From Macrostomum lignano (lineage: Eukaryota), in NCBI GenBank assembly GCA_002269645.1, contig NIVC01000679.1, positions 62,001-126,000 of the forward strand: a stretch of 64,000 nucleotides of DNA. The letters run 5' to 3'. A program made the position numbers and the translations under genes. Positions 1 through 11,600 of the stretch are shown one piece after another. The notes beneath the pieces are model-generated. The model was not told the DNA's origin. It made no database searches and saw nothing but the letters and a program-made list of their open reading frames with translations. Positions within the stretch are counted from its first letter, which is position 1. Each line of letters opens with the position of its first letter.

Positions 1-159
1 CAGGTAGCCGAACACGCAGTCGGGCCGGTCGCGGAACATCTGGTTGAGCGCGTCCTCCATTTTCAACGGGACACCGTTGGATTGATAATAGACAATGGCC
101 TCCTTCTTCAGCTGGTGCAGCTGGTGGGCGCGCATCGCTTGAACTTTGGCGTCCTCCAT
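1..159 (-). CDS. ENO4: Enolase-4-like protein, 5' coding segment (runs off the window start)
   Basis: The minus strand from ATG at 159 reads MEDAKVQAMRAHQLHQLKKEAIVYYQSNGVPLKMEDALNQMFRDRPDCVFGYL. This matches the recalled ENO4 N-terminal pattern (LQKLKQQAMEYYRENDVPRRLEELLNSTFYLQPADVYGHL). Not in the ORF track because it is truncated. Confidence 0.75.
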   Translation of the reverse strand, partial: MEDAKVQAMRAHQLHQLKKEAIVYYQSNGVPLKMEDALNQMFRDRPDCVFGYL

Positions 160-334
160 CTGGACTGTTCAGCTGCTGGCTTGACTTCGGCGTTCAGAAC
201 TCGGCTCAAGATGATAAAAGCTTCGCTAGATTGAGCCGAAAACGTTCAAATAGAACGGCTTATTTAAAAGCCGCTCAGCCAACTGAACTGAACGTTGTGG
301 CCCAGAGAACAGTAACTTTGAGACAGAGGTTGGG

Positions 335-348
335 GCGCCCTTAGCAAC
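335..348. promoter_or_regulatory. Putative RFX X-box (GCGCCCTTAGCAAC) in a bidirectional promoter
   Basis: Strong TAGCAAC half-site with a degenerate left half, lying between the divergent start codons of two cilia/flagellum-associated genes (159 minus, 680 plus). Confidence 0.5.
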
Positions 349-679
349 GCAGTCTGTCTCTCTCCCCTCGTACATTCTTCTGAGTGTACCTCGCGTCTCT
401 CACTCCATTACTCCGTTTTTTCTCTCTCTTTCTCTCTCTAGCCTTCGCTCCGCCAGTCTCTCCCCAACTGCAACCATGACAACTAAAAGCCAAGTGTACG
501 CGGTGTCAGTACAGCCCCTGCCCAAAAGCTTGAATGCGCAGCGGAGCAGGAGTAGAAAAGCAAGCTAGAGACAGGCGATAATATAATGAGCGCGTAGCTG
601 CTAAAAGTTTCGCATTCCACAGAAGCGAAGCTCTTGCCACATCACAGACTCAACACGCAGCTAAAGAGACTTCGGCAAG

Positions 680-712
680 ATGCAGGACGAGCCAGTGGCC
701 ACAGAGCAGCCT

Positions 713-744
<32 letters not shown>

Positions 745-1117
745 GAAGGAAGGCGAGGAGGTTGCAAACACCTACGTGATTCGGCCCAACTTCGAGAGCA
801 AATTCCGTCCGCTGTTGGCCAAGCCAGTCATTCACGAAGTGCTCGTGGAGCGGCTAACGGACAAGGCCTACGATAAGGAGGCCACGAGTGGACTGTGCAA
901 GGAGCTCACAGACGAAATCAAGGCCCGGCTGAGGGCCAACGGATTCGAGCGGTACAAATTCGTTGTCCAAGTGGCCATTGGCGAGCAGAGGGGCCAGGGA
1001 GTCAAGATGGCCTGCCGGTGTCTGTGGGACAGCGACAGCGACAACTATGTTCAGGACATCTTCATGAACGACAGCCTGTTCTGCGTGGCGGTGGCATTCG
1101 GGGTATTTCACTACTGA
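680..1117 (+). CDS. DYNLT2B: Tctex1 domain-containing protein 2 (dynein-2/IFT dynein light chain), intronless, with N-terminal polyQ
   Basis: The 145-aa ORF carries NTYVIRP, FERYKFVVQVAIGEQRGQGVKMACRCLWDSDSDNY and FMNDSLFCVAVAFGVFHY, the Tctex-1 family signature closest to TCTEX1D2. Confidence 0.93.
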
Positions 1118-1459
1118 GAGCTGACAACTCGTGACAATGCCTCTGCGAGTTTATTCATGTGCTTGTACAAACACCAGACACATTGTATGGCTAGTATAAT
1201 ATAAACATTTGTGATTTACCTATATGATGCCAAAGTTCGAACATCAGAGTTTGTTTATACATTCCTTCCTTGATGCATTAGTACAGACTAAGGTAAACTA
1301 ATTGACATATAATGCGCGCAGCATTTCGAAACATTCCAACCATAAGGTTAAGAACGACGAAACCCAAACCCAAACTCTAAATACGTGCGTAGTTCACATT
1401 ACTAGACACTCGTTCTGATGGTGCCTTTTCTTTGTCCATTGTCAATCCGTTTGTTTGAC

Positions 1460-2035
1460 AGGGGACTGTGGGAGAGTAGGAACAGGGGAGTGTGGGAGAG
1501 TGGGGACAGGGGAGTGTGGGAGAGTGGGGACAGGGGAGTGTGGGAGAGTGGGGACAGGGGAGTGTGGGAGAGTAGGAACAGGGGAGTGTGGGAGAGTAGG
1601 AACAGGGGACTGTGGGAGAGTAGGAACAGGGGAGTGTGGGAGAGTGGGGACAGGGGAGTGTGGGAGAGTGGGGACAGGGGAGTGTGGGAGAGTGGGGACA
1701 GGGGAGTGTGGGAGAGTGGGGACAGGGAGTGTGGGAGTGGGGACAGGGGAGTGTGGGAGAGTGGGGACAGGGGAGTGTGGGAGAGTGGGGACAGGGGAGT
1801 GTGCGAGAGTGGGGACAGGGGAGTGTGGGAGAGTGGGGACAGGGAGTGTGGGAGTGGGGACAGGGGAGTGTGGGAGAGTGGGGACAGGGGAGTGTGGGAG
1901 AGTGGGGACAGGGAGTGTGGGAGAGTGGGGACAGGGGAGTGTGGGAGAGTGGGGACAGGGAGTGTGGGAGAGTGGGGACAGGGGAGTGTGGGAGAGTGGG
2001 GACAGGGGAGTGGGGGAGTGGGGTCAGATGAGTGG
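1460..2035. repeat. G-rich minisatellite, 24-bp unit GGGAGAGTGGGGACAGGGGAGTGT
   Basis: About 23 tandem copies read directly; it explains ORFs 1418..2098, 1455..2054 and 1636..2031. Confidence 0.95.
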
Positions 2036-3388
2036 GGGAGAGTTAAGGCCCTGATTCAAACAGAGATAAAAAACACAAGAAAAAACAAAAGCCAGTGAAG
2101 TTTGCAAAAAACAAAACATTTACAAAACGAATTACAGAATGTGGGAAAAGCAACAAGGGTTTAAAAATGTTTGGTTAAATTTATTTCATATTTCGCAACA
2201 GGTGGAAGATTAGTCTTTGGAACTCGTCAAACAACACACCGGAACTTTGAACTCTACATAATGAAATTGGGGTAGGGAGATTATTCAGGGCGCAGAATAG
2301 AAATTGTAGATCAAAATTGACCCGTTCACAGATTACAGAAAATTTATTGCAAAAATAAGAAGCTGGCCACTTTAAAAGTGCAATTTAAAGTACAGACAAA
2401 TAGTTAAACAAAAAAGAAACAAATTAATCAATCGATATTAAAGATGATTGACAAGCCGTAACAGATTGTAAAATACAAAATCATAATTGAAATAAATAAG
2501 TAATATAGTAATAAAAAAGCCAGACTTATACTTGTAAGTAGAATGATATGAAAGTAGAATTTGATATTATAATAGAGAAACAAAAAACTTTATAAAAATA
2601 GAGCTTGGAGCACAGATACTAGAATAACTAGATAGGCCACTCAGCACATTTGCGTGTAAACTACTTTCAGTTCAGTAGTAAGTTAAACAGAAGCATTTTA
2701 ACGTATTTTTAAAGCTAAGGCTCATTCATTGGCCCCCAGCTTAAACCCTCCAACCGCGCTTTCCACTCTACCCCCGCGCCCCGCCCCAATTTTTATTGCC
2801 TTTCTCGGAATTTCAGCCTAAAGCTGCCATGTACATTTCAGTGGACTGGCCAATGTACATTATTGATGAAACAATTAGCAAAGTTGTTCACGCCTGCGAG
2901 CTTTGGGCTTCTAAACTTATCAAAGTCAATTCAGCTGCCTTTATTTAAAAAAATAGCTCATTTACTCTTCTTTGCTAATAAACTGATAGTAGAAAGCTGG
3001 TTTACTAAGTATATATGCCTGAATGGCCTATCTAGTTATTTTAGCATCTGTGGTTTGGAGTAAATATTAGACAGGAAAACTCCGGCTATACTACTTATAG
3101 CTTGTCTGGTTTTGCATAGCTGAATTTATAAATTGTTTAGAAGATTCTAATCAATGTTTTTTTAAGATTTACGAGCTTTGATCCTGACCAATGTTCTTTT
3201 GAAAACGCGTAAAACCAGCCAATTGTTAATTTTGGAGCCATATTTTTTTACAATAATTCTTCTTAGGTAGGTAATAGTAAAATAAGCAATTACAGTCAAA
3301 TAGCAAAAAATAAAGCATTTTCGCGTCAGGCTACTAGTTAAGCTCTGGATAAGTAGTAATCAAAGCGTCAGATAATGTTCACAACAGA

Positions 3389-3811
3389 CTATTCCCGATG
3401 AAAACGTTATCTAGGCCAAAAAGCGCCCAGTGGTTGCAGAGTCAGGTAAAATAGAAAAGAAGTCACTCTAGATGACTCTAAAACGACCAGATGTCATCAC
3501 AATACTAGTCACCAAAAGAGTCAATTTGTGGGTTTTTACTGTCGACTCCGGGGCCGTTGAGTCGCATCTGAGGCCTGTCAGAGTCGCTGTAGAATCAATG
3601 AGTTGCGCCTAAAGCGCATCTGCGTCACTATGAATCAGAATCGCATTTCACATTTATAACAACTCTATTAGTTTACTTGATTGAGTCAGTAGAAAGTAAA
3701 GAGCCAACACGACTCCGGGATGACATTTTAGTGACTCTTTAAAAATTCTGCAACTTCACCGGAGCTGTTTGCAGTGACTCTTTGTCACGGTAACGTTTTC
3801 AACGGAACTAG
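3389..3811. mobile_element. Degenerate inverted-repeat (MITE-like) remnant
   Basis: CTATTCCCGATGAAAACGTTATC (3389-3411) is an imperfect reverse complement of GGTAACGTTTTCAACGGAACTAG (3789-3811). No TSD found. Confidence 0.35.
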
Positions 3812-3968
3812 TCAAGAGCTGGATAAATAGAAAACAAAAAATCGAGAAAGTCCGCATCGGACTACTACGAGCATTTAGGCAATAGATAAGTAGCAATTAA
3901 AGCGTTAAAAACATTTGCATAACACTACTGCTGCTAGTCCCAAGTCAGTAGTAAAAATCGCGGCTAGT

Positions 3969-5574
3969 TCAGGCCCGCGAGCCCTCCAGCGCGAAGACGG
4001 CCATCCAGATGGCGGCCGAGTGCTTGCACAACAGTCGCTCGTCCCAGCCGTCGAAGACGCCCTCATAGTCGGTGTACAGGTCGCCAATCTCCGACAGCGG
4101 CAGGTCCAGCAGATCCGGCCGGCTCGCCAGCTCCAGCCTCATCAGGCTGTGCAGCTTCTCCAGCAGGAGGCTGCGCCGGTTGCGGAGGTCACGCGGGGGC
4201 AACAGCTCGCGGAGCGGCTCCTCTAGCGGTGCGGCCTCGAGGCCGCGGCAGTCGCGGAACGGCTCGAAGCCGTCGTCGGCGAGCTGCTGGCAGCGCAGGC
4301 GGTCCAGCGACAGCCACAGCAGGCGGACGTGGTCGATGGTGACGCAGCGGTTGAGCGGCTCCGGCAGCCCCTGCGGCATCCGCAGCGATTTCGTCATGAA
4401 GTCGTGCAGCAGCTGCGACGACTCCTTCGGGGCCAGCGAGGTCAGGAAGCTCACGGCTGGTGGCAGCAGCTCCTCCAGCAGTGACGTAATGACGGGCGGG
4501 CTGCTGGGCAGCTCGGAGCTCAGCGCGTGGCTCACCGAGGAGCTGCTGGGAGAGCGGCACTGCGGCACCGCCTGAGGACGGGATTTTGAGGGCGAGAGTG
4601 TGGCTGATTGTAAACTAGCTGTAATTTGGCTGTAAACAGAATCCAAACTAGCTGTAATCTGGCTGTAAACAGAATCCAAACTAGCTGTAATTTGGCTGTA
4701 AACAGAATGAAAACTAGCTGTAATTTGGCTGTAAACAGAATCCAAACTAGCTGTAATTTGGCTGTAAACAGAATCCAAACTAGCTGTAATTTGGCTGTAA
4801 ACATAATGCAAACTAGCTGTAATTTGGCTGTAAACATAATCAAAACTAGCTGTAATTTGGCTGTAAACAGAATCCAAACTAGCTGTAATTTGGCTGTAAA
4901 CATAATGCAAACTAGCTGTAATTTGGCTGTAAACATAATCAAAACTAGCTGTAATTTGGCTGTAAACATAATCAAAACTAGCTGTAATTTGGCTGTCACC
5001 AAAAGCCTCCAGTTTCCCCAAATATATCAAAGCAACATGCCTGGTCGAGCAACAGGAACTGCTCCATCAAGTTGAACTCCTCCTTGTACAGCATCTGCGG
5101 CAGGTGGCCAGTCAGCCTCAGTCTGCCCCGGACCAGAAGCTCGGCGAGCTGCTGCTGCAGGCCGGCAAAGTTGTAGGCCACCTGGCAGCCCCTGCCGGGC
5201 CGCAGGGAGTAGGCGCTGTTGGCCAGCAGGGCGGGCAGCAGGTCCGAGTCCGGGTCGTACGAGATCATCGAGGCCGCGTCAGCCTAGGAAACAGATTGAT
5301 TCATTATAGTGATAAAACTCACAACTAGCCTACTGATAGCAGTGTAGTGATTGGATAGACTATAATATATCCAAGCCAATGTCTGTGTCTGTCTGTCTGT
5401 CTGCATGTCTGTCTGTCTGTCTGTCTGTCTGCATGTCTGTCTGTCTGTCTGTCTGTCTGCATGTCTGTCTGTCTGTCTGTCTGCATGTCTGTCTGTCTGT
5501 CTGCATGTCTGTCTGTCTGTCTGTCTGCATGTCTGTCTGTCTGTCTGCATGTCTGTCTTACTGTCCATCTGTCC

Positions 5575-5657
<83 letters not shown>

Positions 5658-8600
5658 CTTTCGAGCTGGCACCCACCTGGCAGATGTCAATCTCGTCGCA
5701 GTGAACCCCGCTAGCGTCCAGCACGGCGTTCTGAGCCTCCATGAGCAGCTGCACCAGGCCCACGATGCAGCGGCCCCAGACTCCGTTGTGAGGCAGCAGC
5801 GCGGCCAGCCGCATCTCATCGGCCGGGTGGGCGTGCAGGGTGATGGGGAAAATTGCGTCGGGGAACCTGGCGCCCCTGGTGGCCAGGTAGCCGCTGAGGG
5901 CACGCCAGGTCTCGACAAACTCGCGAATGCCGGCCTCCCACCTGGTGATTGAATGGAAATGATACCTGGCTGTGACTGTGGGTTCGATTCCGTATGCAGC
6001 CACTTCATTTGGGGCTTGTTGTCCCATTCAAATTAATGAGGGCCAACCCCAAGGCACAGAGTGTACATGCCGGACGATTAGAAAGTCAAAAAGCCGCTGT
6101 ACAGCCTGTGTGAGCGTGTGCACGAGTGCGTGTCTCCCAGTGGGGGTGCCGGGCCCAAGGGAGTATATTTAAGGCATATAATTAGTGGGGGGTGGGTGTA
6201 GATAAGACAATGAAGGGCGGAGTGCGCGACGAAGGAAAGGGGCGAGAGAGAAGAGCCAATCAGAAGGCAGCGAGGGAGAGAGAGATAAGAATAGCAAGAC
6301 TGGGCTAGACAGAGGAGAGAAAACAGAAACAAGTGCAGGGCAGTGGCGTAGCCAGGAATTTCAATTGGGGGGGGGGGTTGGCCTGGATGGCCATGCCTTA
6401 TAGCCATTGTCACTTTTGGCGCCGCAGGCACTCATTTTGGCGCCGCAGGCACTCACTTTTGGTGCCGTAGGCACTCATTTTGGCGCCGCAGGCACTCATT
6501 TTGCGCTGCAGGCACTCATTTTGGCGCCGCAGGCACTCAATTGCCTCATGGTTTTTGGTACCCGCGCGCCCAACCCCACCCCCAGGCGATTGGGGGGGGG
6601 GGCCCTGGCTACGCCACTGGTGCAGGGGCCCGTACTATAGAATACTCGTCTATCCTTAAGAGTGTCCTAAGTCCTAGCTCCTGCCTCCTAGATGGCTTTT
6701 CTGTGCTATAGAATCAAGAGTAAATTTTAAGAGCTAGGAGGCTCCTTTAAGCACGTAGGACTCCTTGCTGAATTTAGGAGACCTCATTAAGGTTTGTCGC
6801 GTGCTATAGAATAAGAAGCGGGGAGTAGGAGCTAGAAGCTAAGAGTTGCCGTTTACGAGTGAATTTTAGGAGTGCGTGTCCTATAGATATACAGGCAATT
6901 TAAGCAAAGGACAAGCTTTTTCGAAGAATTTCGTACTGTCACAATTTCGGATCAATGAGAATCAACGCCAATTTCATCAAACATATGTTGCATCTTAAAA
7001 CATCACAAATCTTAGATATTGACATGTACATGTACTATTGTCTGTGCCGTGAACGGGTACGTGCCGCACGTATTGCTGAGTACAATAATGACCAATTTTA
7101 TGGTCTCTGATAGCACCCTTCCTACACGATATTTCTTATACGAGTGTTAGTTGTTTATATCAAATGGGAGCAATTAACTACGATAGCAGTTAAACCATTT
7201 TCTATTGACTTGTCTATCAACTTAATTAAATTCGTAGGCTTGTAGCCTAAAATGGTTTTATTGCTTTACGTGCTCGTATCTCACGCCAGCCGCTTTTCAC
7301 AGGGTAATAAAACTTGTTGTTTTTGAATTACGACTAGAATTACTCTTATTTAGGAGTTTAATATAAGCACACAGATTGGCAGACTCCGTAGCCAATCACC
7401 TTACACTCCTTAGAGCTCCTCCTCACTCCTACCCTTGGAACAACTCCTAGCTCCTAACTCTTGATTCTTGAACTCTATAGCACACGAAATTGATTCACTA
7501 CTTGCTAGGAGCACTCCTGACTCCTAACTCCTTACTCCTTAGTCTTACATATATAGCACGGGCTCCAGATTAACTAAGAAATGACTAAGAAAGTCGCAAC
7601 AGCAGACAATGCCTACCTCTCATTCCTGCCAACCACACGCAGGAGTTGCTGCTTAGCTTTATCCATGCTCAAATTCAGCTTCCAAGCGGCCACCAGGTCC
7701 TTCACCAGCTGCAGCAGAGCCGGCAGAGACCGCAGGTGCCTCAGCGCGAACTCCCAGCGAGTGACGGCCTCGATGAGGGCGTGCCGCCTCTGTTCCTCGA
7801 CGCCCAGCTCCCGGAAGGTCTGCACCGCGTGCTCCACGGAGATGACCTGCCTGTAGCGCCACAGCTGGCCCTCGTGCGCCTGCCGCCTGTCGAGCTCCGA
7901 GGTCTCCTGCACCAGGCGGACGATCTCCGATGTCCTGCCGAGGTCGTCCTGCCCGACGATTCGGTTGGACTCCTGCAGCCAGTCGCTCAGGTTGTCCAGC
8001 AGCGGCCGGAGCAGGCGCGTCTCCAAGCGGTTCTCGAACTCGCGACGTCCATCGTTGTTGAGCAGGTTGAAGGCGGTGGCGGGCGCGGGTGCTGACAGGC
8101 CGCGCAGCAGCAGCAGGTGGAGCGCCTGCGCCGCGTCCTCCTGACTGCGACCCGTGGCGCGGCTGAACAACGCCAGGCCGGTGTGGAACTCCTCAGCGAA
8201 TCGGCGCCTGTCGCCTCCAGCGGCGCCGCCCAGCAGCAGCGCCAGCGCCTGTAGTGACCGCAGGAGTGCCGCTGCGCCGGCAGACAGCTGACGGACCGGT
8301 TCTGGCCGGTTCTGGTCGGCGACCGGCACGAACCCGCGCTGGGTTCGGTCCGCGGCTTGGTAGCCCGCGTTGCCCGCCACCAGCTGGTGGTTCTGGCCGC
8401 CGATGGCGCTGCCGCAGTCCGGGCAGCGGGAGAGCTGCATCGCCTGGCCACACTGGGAGGATAGGAGAGTCGGAGAGTTGGATGAGAGGGCTCCGGATAC
8501 TGATAGATAGCTAGAGAAAGTTTGCAGGCAAAGTACTCGTAGAAAGAAAGGGTTTGTCATTTGTCCACGAATTTTGTGACCAGCCCTATCGAATATCATT

Positions 8601-11600
8601 TTATCGCTTTTTCTTTGTGACTGCGGTTGCAGTTCTCTCTGGCTTGGCTATCAACTGCCACTGTTGGGTTATTTCTATCTAGCTAGTAGTTGCTCTATTT
8701 CTCTTCCCTCCTCTTCATATCTCTCTGACCCCACCCGCCTCTGCTCCTCCTTGTCTCTCCGACCCTCACTTTGCGCCTCCACCTTTCTCTCCAGAAGGGG
8801 GTCGCCATCATAAGCTCAAAAAACCACATCGTCAAAAAGCAACCACCAGCACAAGGTTGAAAAGGCACAAGCTCTAACCCCAACCCCAAGGCACTAACCC
8901 TAACCCTAAGGCACCAGTACCCTAACCTAACCCTAAACTCTAACTCTAAAGGCACAAGTTCTAACCCCAACCCTAACATAACCCTAAACCCTACTCTAAG
9001 GCACAAGCACTAGCCCTAACCCTATTCGAGCTTGTGATGGTGGTTGCTAACCTTTTCGACGATGTGACTTTTCGAGCTTATGATGGTGGTTTCTAAATCA
9101 GTTTTGGACGATGTGACTTTTCGAGCTTATGATGGTGGTTTCTAAATCAGTTTTCGACGATGTAATTTTTCGAGCTTATGACATTTCGAGCTTGTGATGG
9201 TGGATGCTTTTCGACGATGTGATTTTTCGAGCTTGTGATGGGCCCCCTCTCCAGTCCCACTTTGCGCCTCCACCGCTCCCTTTCTCGCCAGCCCCCGCTT
9301 TGCACCCCACCCTCTTATCTCTCCGATCCCCACTTTGCGATTCCACCCCCACTCATCTGCCAACAACATACAAAAGACTTACATTGGCAATGTAGTACGG
9401 GTGGCCGTTGGGGCAAGCTGAAATGAGTCAACAGTCAGTGAAACAGTTAAAATCCATAGTCTTGCAGACTAATTGAAGAGTCCCAAGCGAGCTCACCATA
9501 GGCGCGGGTGCCCCCGATTCCCTGAGCCGTGAAAGCTTCGAACAGCTCGTCATGCCGCATGCCAGGCAGCAGCCAGTTGTTGAAGTTGTTCGGCAGTTGA
9601 GTGAGAAAGTTGACAATGTCAGACTGGCAGGTTGCCAACACGAAGGCCAGGTGAATCTGCAGCAGACAAAGCTGATGATTGCCGTCCGTGGCCCCGGCCA
9701 GAGGCTCCAGTCGCCTGTACAGCTCCTGGGCTGCGGGCGTCATCCAGCTGAGCATCAAGTTGATGCAGGCGGTCAGCTGCTGCTCATCGCACCTGCCTTG
9801 CATGTGGCGAAGGCGGTAGGCAGCGACGAGGGCAACCAGAGCCACCACAGGACTCTCGGCTGGTGGGAAATCCGGTCTCTGAAACAGGAAAGTCTTATGC
9901 TGTAAAATGTGTGCTGTGGGGTGGCTGCTTCTCACTCAGTGCCCTGTGTACACTGTGTGCTGTGGGGTGGCTGCTTCTCACTCAGTGCCCTGTGTACACT
10001 GTGTGCTGTGGGGTGGCTGCTTCTCACTCAGTGCCCTGTGTACACTGTGTGCTGTGGGGTGGCTGCTTCTCACTCAGTGCCCTGTGTACACTGTGTGCTG
10101 TGGGGTGGCTGCTTCTCACTCAGTGCCCTGTGTACACTGTGTGCTGTGGGGTGGCTGCTTCTCACTCAGTGCCCTGTGTACACTGTGTGCTGTGGGGTGG
10201 CTGCTTCTCACTCAGTGCCCTGTGTACACGGTGTGCTGTGGGGTGGCTGCTTCTCACTCAGTGCCCTGTGTACACTGTGTGCTGTGGGGTCGCTGCTCCT
10301 CACTCAGTGCCCTGTGTACACTGTGTGCTGTGGGGTCGCTGCTCCTCACTCAGTGCCCTGTGTACACTGTGTGCTGTGGGGTGGCTGCTCCTCACTCAGT
10401 GCCCTGTGTACACTGTGTGCTGTGGGGTGGCTGATCTTCACTCAGTGCCCTGTGTACACTGCGTGCTGTGGGGTCGCTGCTCCTCACTCAGTGCCCTGTG
10501 TACACTGCGTGCTGTGGGGTCGCTGCTCCTCACTCAGTGCCCTGTGTACACTGTGTGCTGTGGGGTGGCTGCTTCTCACTCAGTGCCCTTTGTAGGGTCT
10601 ACGACGTTTGCCTGCGGGACGTTTGCCAGCCGACGTTTGCCAGCCGAAGTTTGCCTGCGAGACGTTTGCCTGCGAGACGTTTGCCAGCCGACGACGTTTG
10701 CCAGTCGACGTTTGCCAGCGGGACGTTTGCCAGCCGAAGTTTGCCTGCGAGACGTTTGCCAGCCGACGTTTGCCTGTCGGAAGTTTGCCAGCTAAAATTT
10801 GCTAGCCAATATATAAAGCCAGTCAGTGAAAAATTTGATACTGAAATATTCGCAGTTTAGCGGTTTGACAAAAACCGTTTTTACCCCAACTTTTTGACGC
10901 TTATTCGCATGTACAAGTTCGAAAGCAAAATCTATATATAAATTATGCAATTTATTAGTCTAACATCTAATATCTAGTTTAACAACGATTTTCTTTGAAT
11001 GTGAAAATAGTTTACTTTTGACAATTGTGTATCGTTTTTCCCAGTTTGAGATGTTTGATTTTTGATGTGCAAAATCTTCACGCAGATTAAAACGGGAATC
11101 TCCAGCGATTTAAGTTATGAAGAAAATTAGCACTAGTAGGATAGCAAGCGCTAGACACTACGTATGCAAAGCTTAGTCAAACCAAGGACTACTTAAGTAG
11201 AAGGACGCAGAACTCGAAATCTTTGAAAAATGTTTTAAGGCCATAGGGAGATAGGAAGTTTTCCTCTTTTCAGCACAACATTTGTTACTGCTTTCATAAG
11301 AGGAAAACCCAAATGTTCTTCTTTTGATATGTTGTGCCAAAATCTTTGTTAAACTAGATATTAGATGTTAGACTGATGAACTGCATAATTTATATATAGA
11401 TTTTGCTTTCGAACTTGTACATGCGAATAAGCGTCAAAAAGTTGGGGTAAAAACGGTTTTTGTCAAACCGCTAAACTGCGAATATTTCAGTATCAAATTT
11501 TTCACTGACTGGCTTTATATATTGGCTAGCAAATTTTAGCTGGCAAACTTCCGACAGGCAAACGTCGGCTGGCAAACGTCCCGCAGGCAAACGTCCGGCA

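Noticed and set aside
1418-2098. Long ORFs (WESGDRGV, GECGRVGT repeats)
   Set aside because: Translations of a 24-bp non-coding minisatellite.
4532-5075. ORFs 4532..5002, 4626..5075 and the N-terminal extension of 3969..5030
   Set aside because: They read through the 33-bp intronic array; only 4571..3969 has RNF213 homology.
5284-5714. QTDR / SVCL repeat ORFs
   Set aside because: Products of the (GTCT)n microsatellite after the exon donor at 5676.
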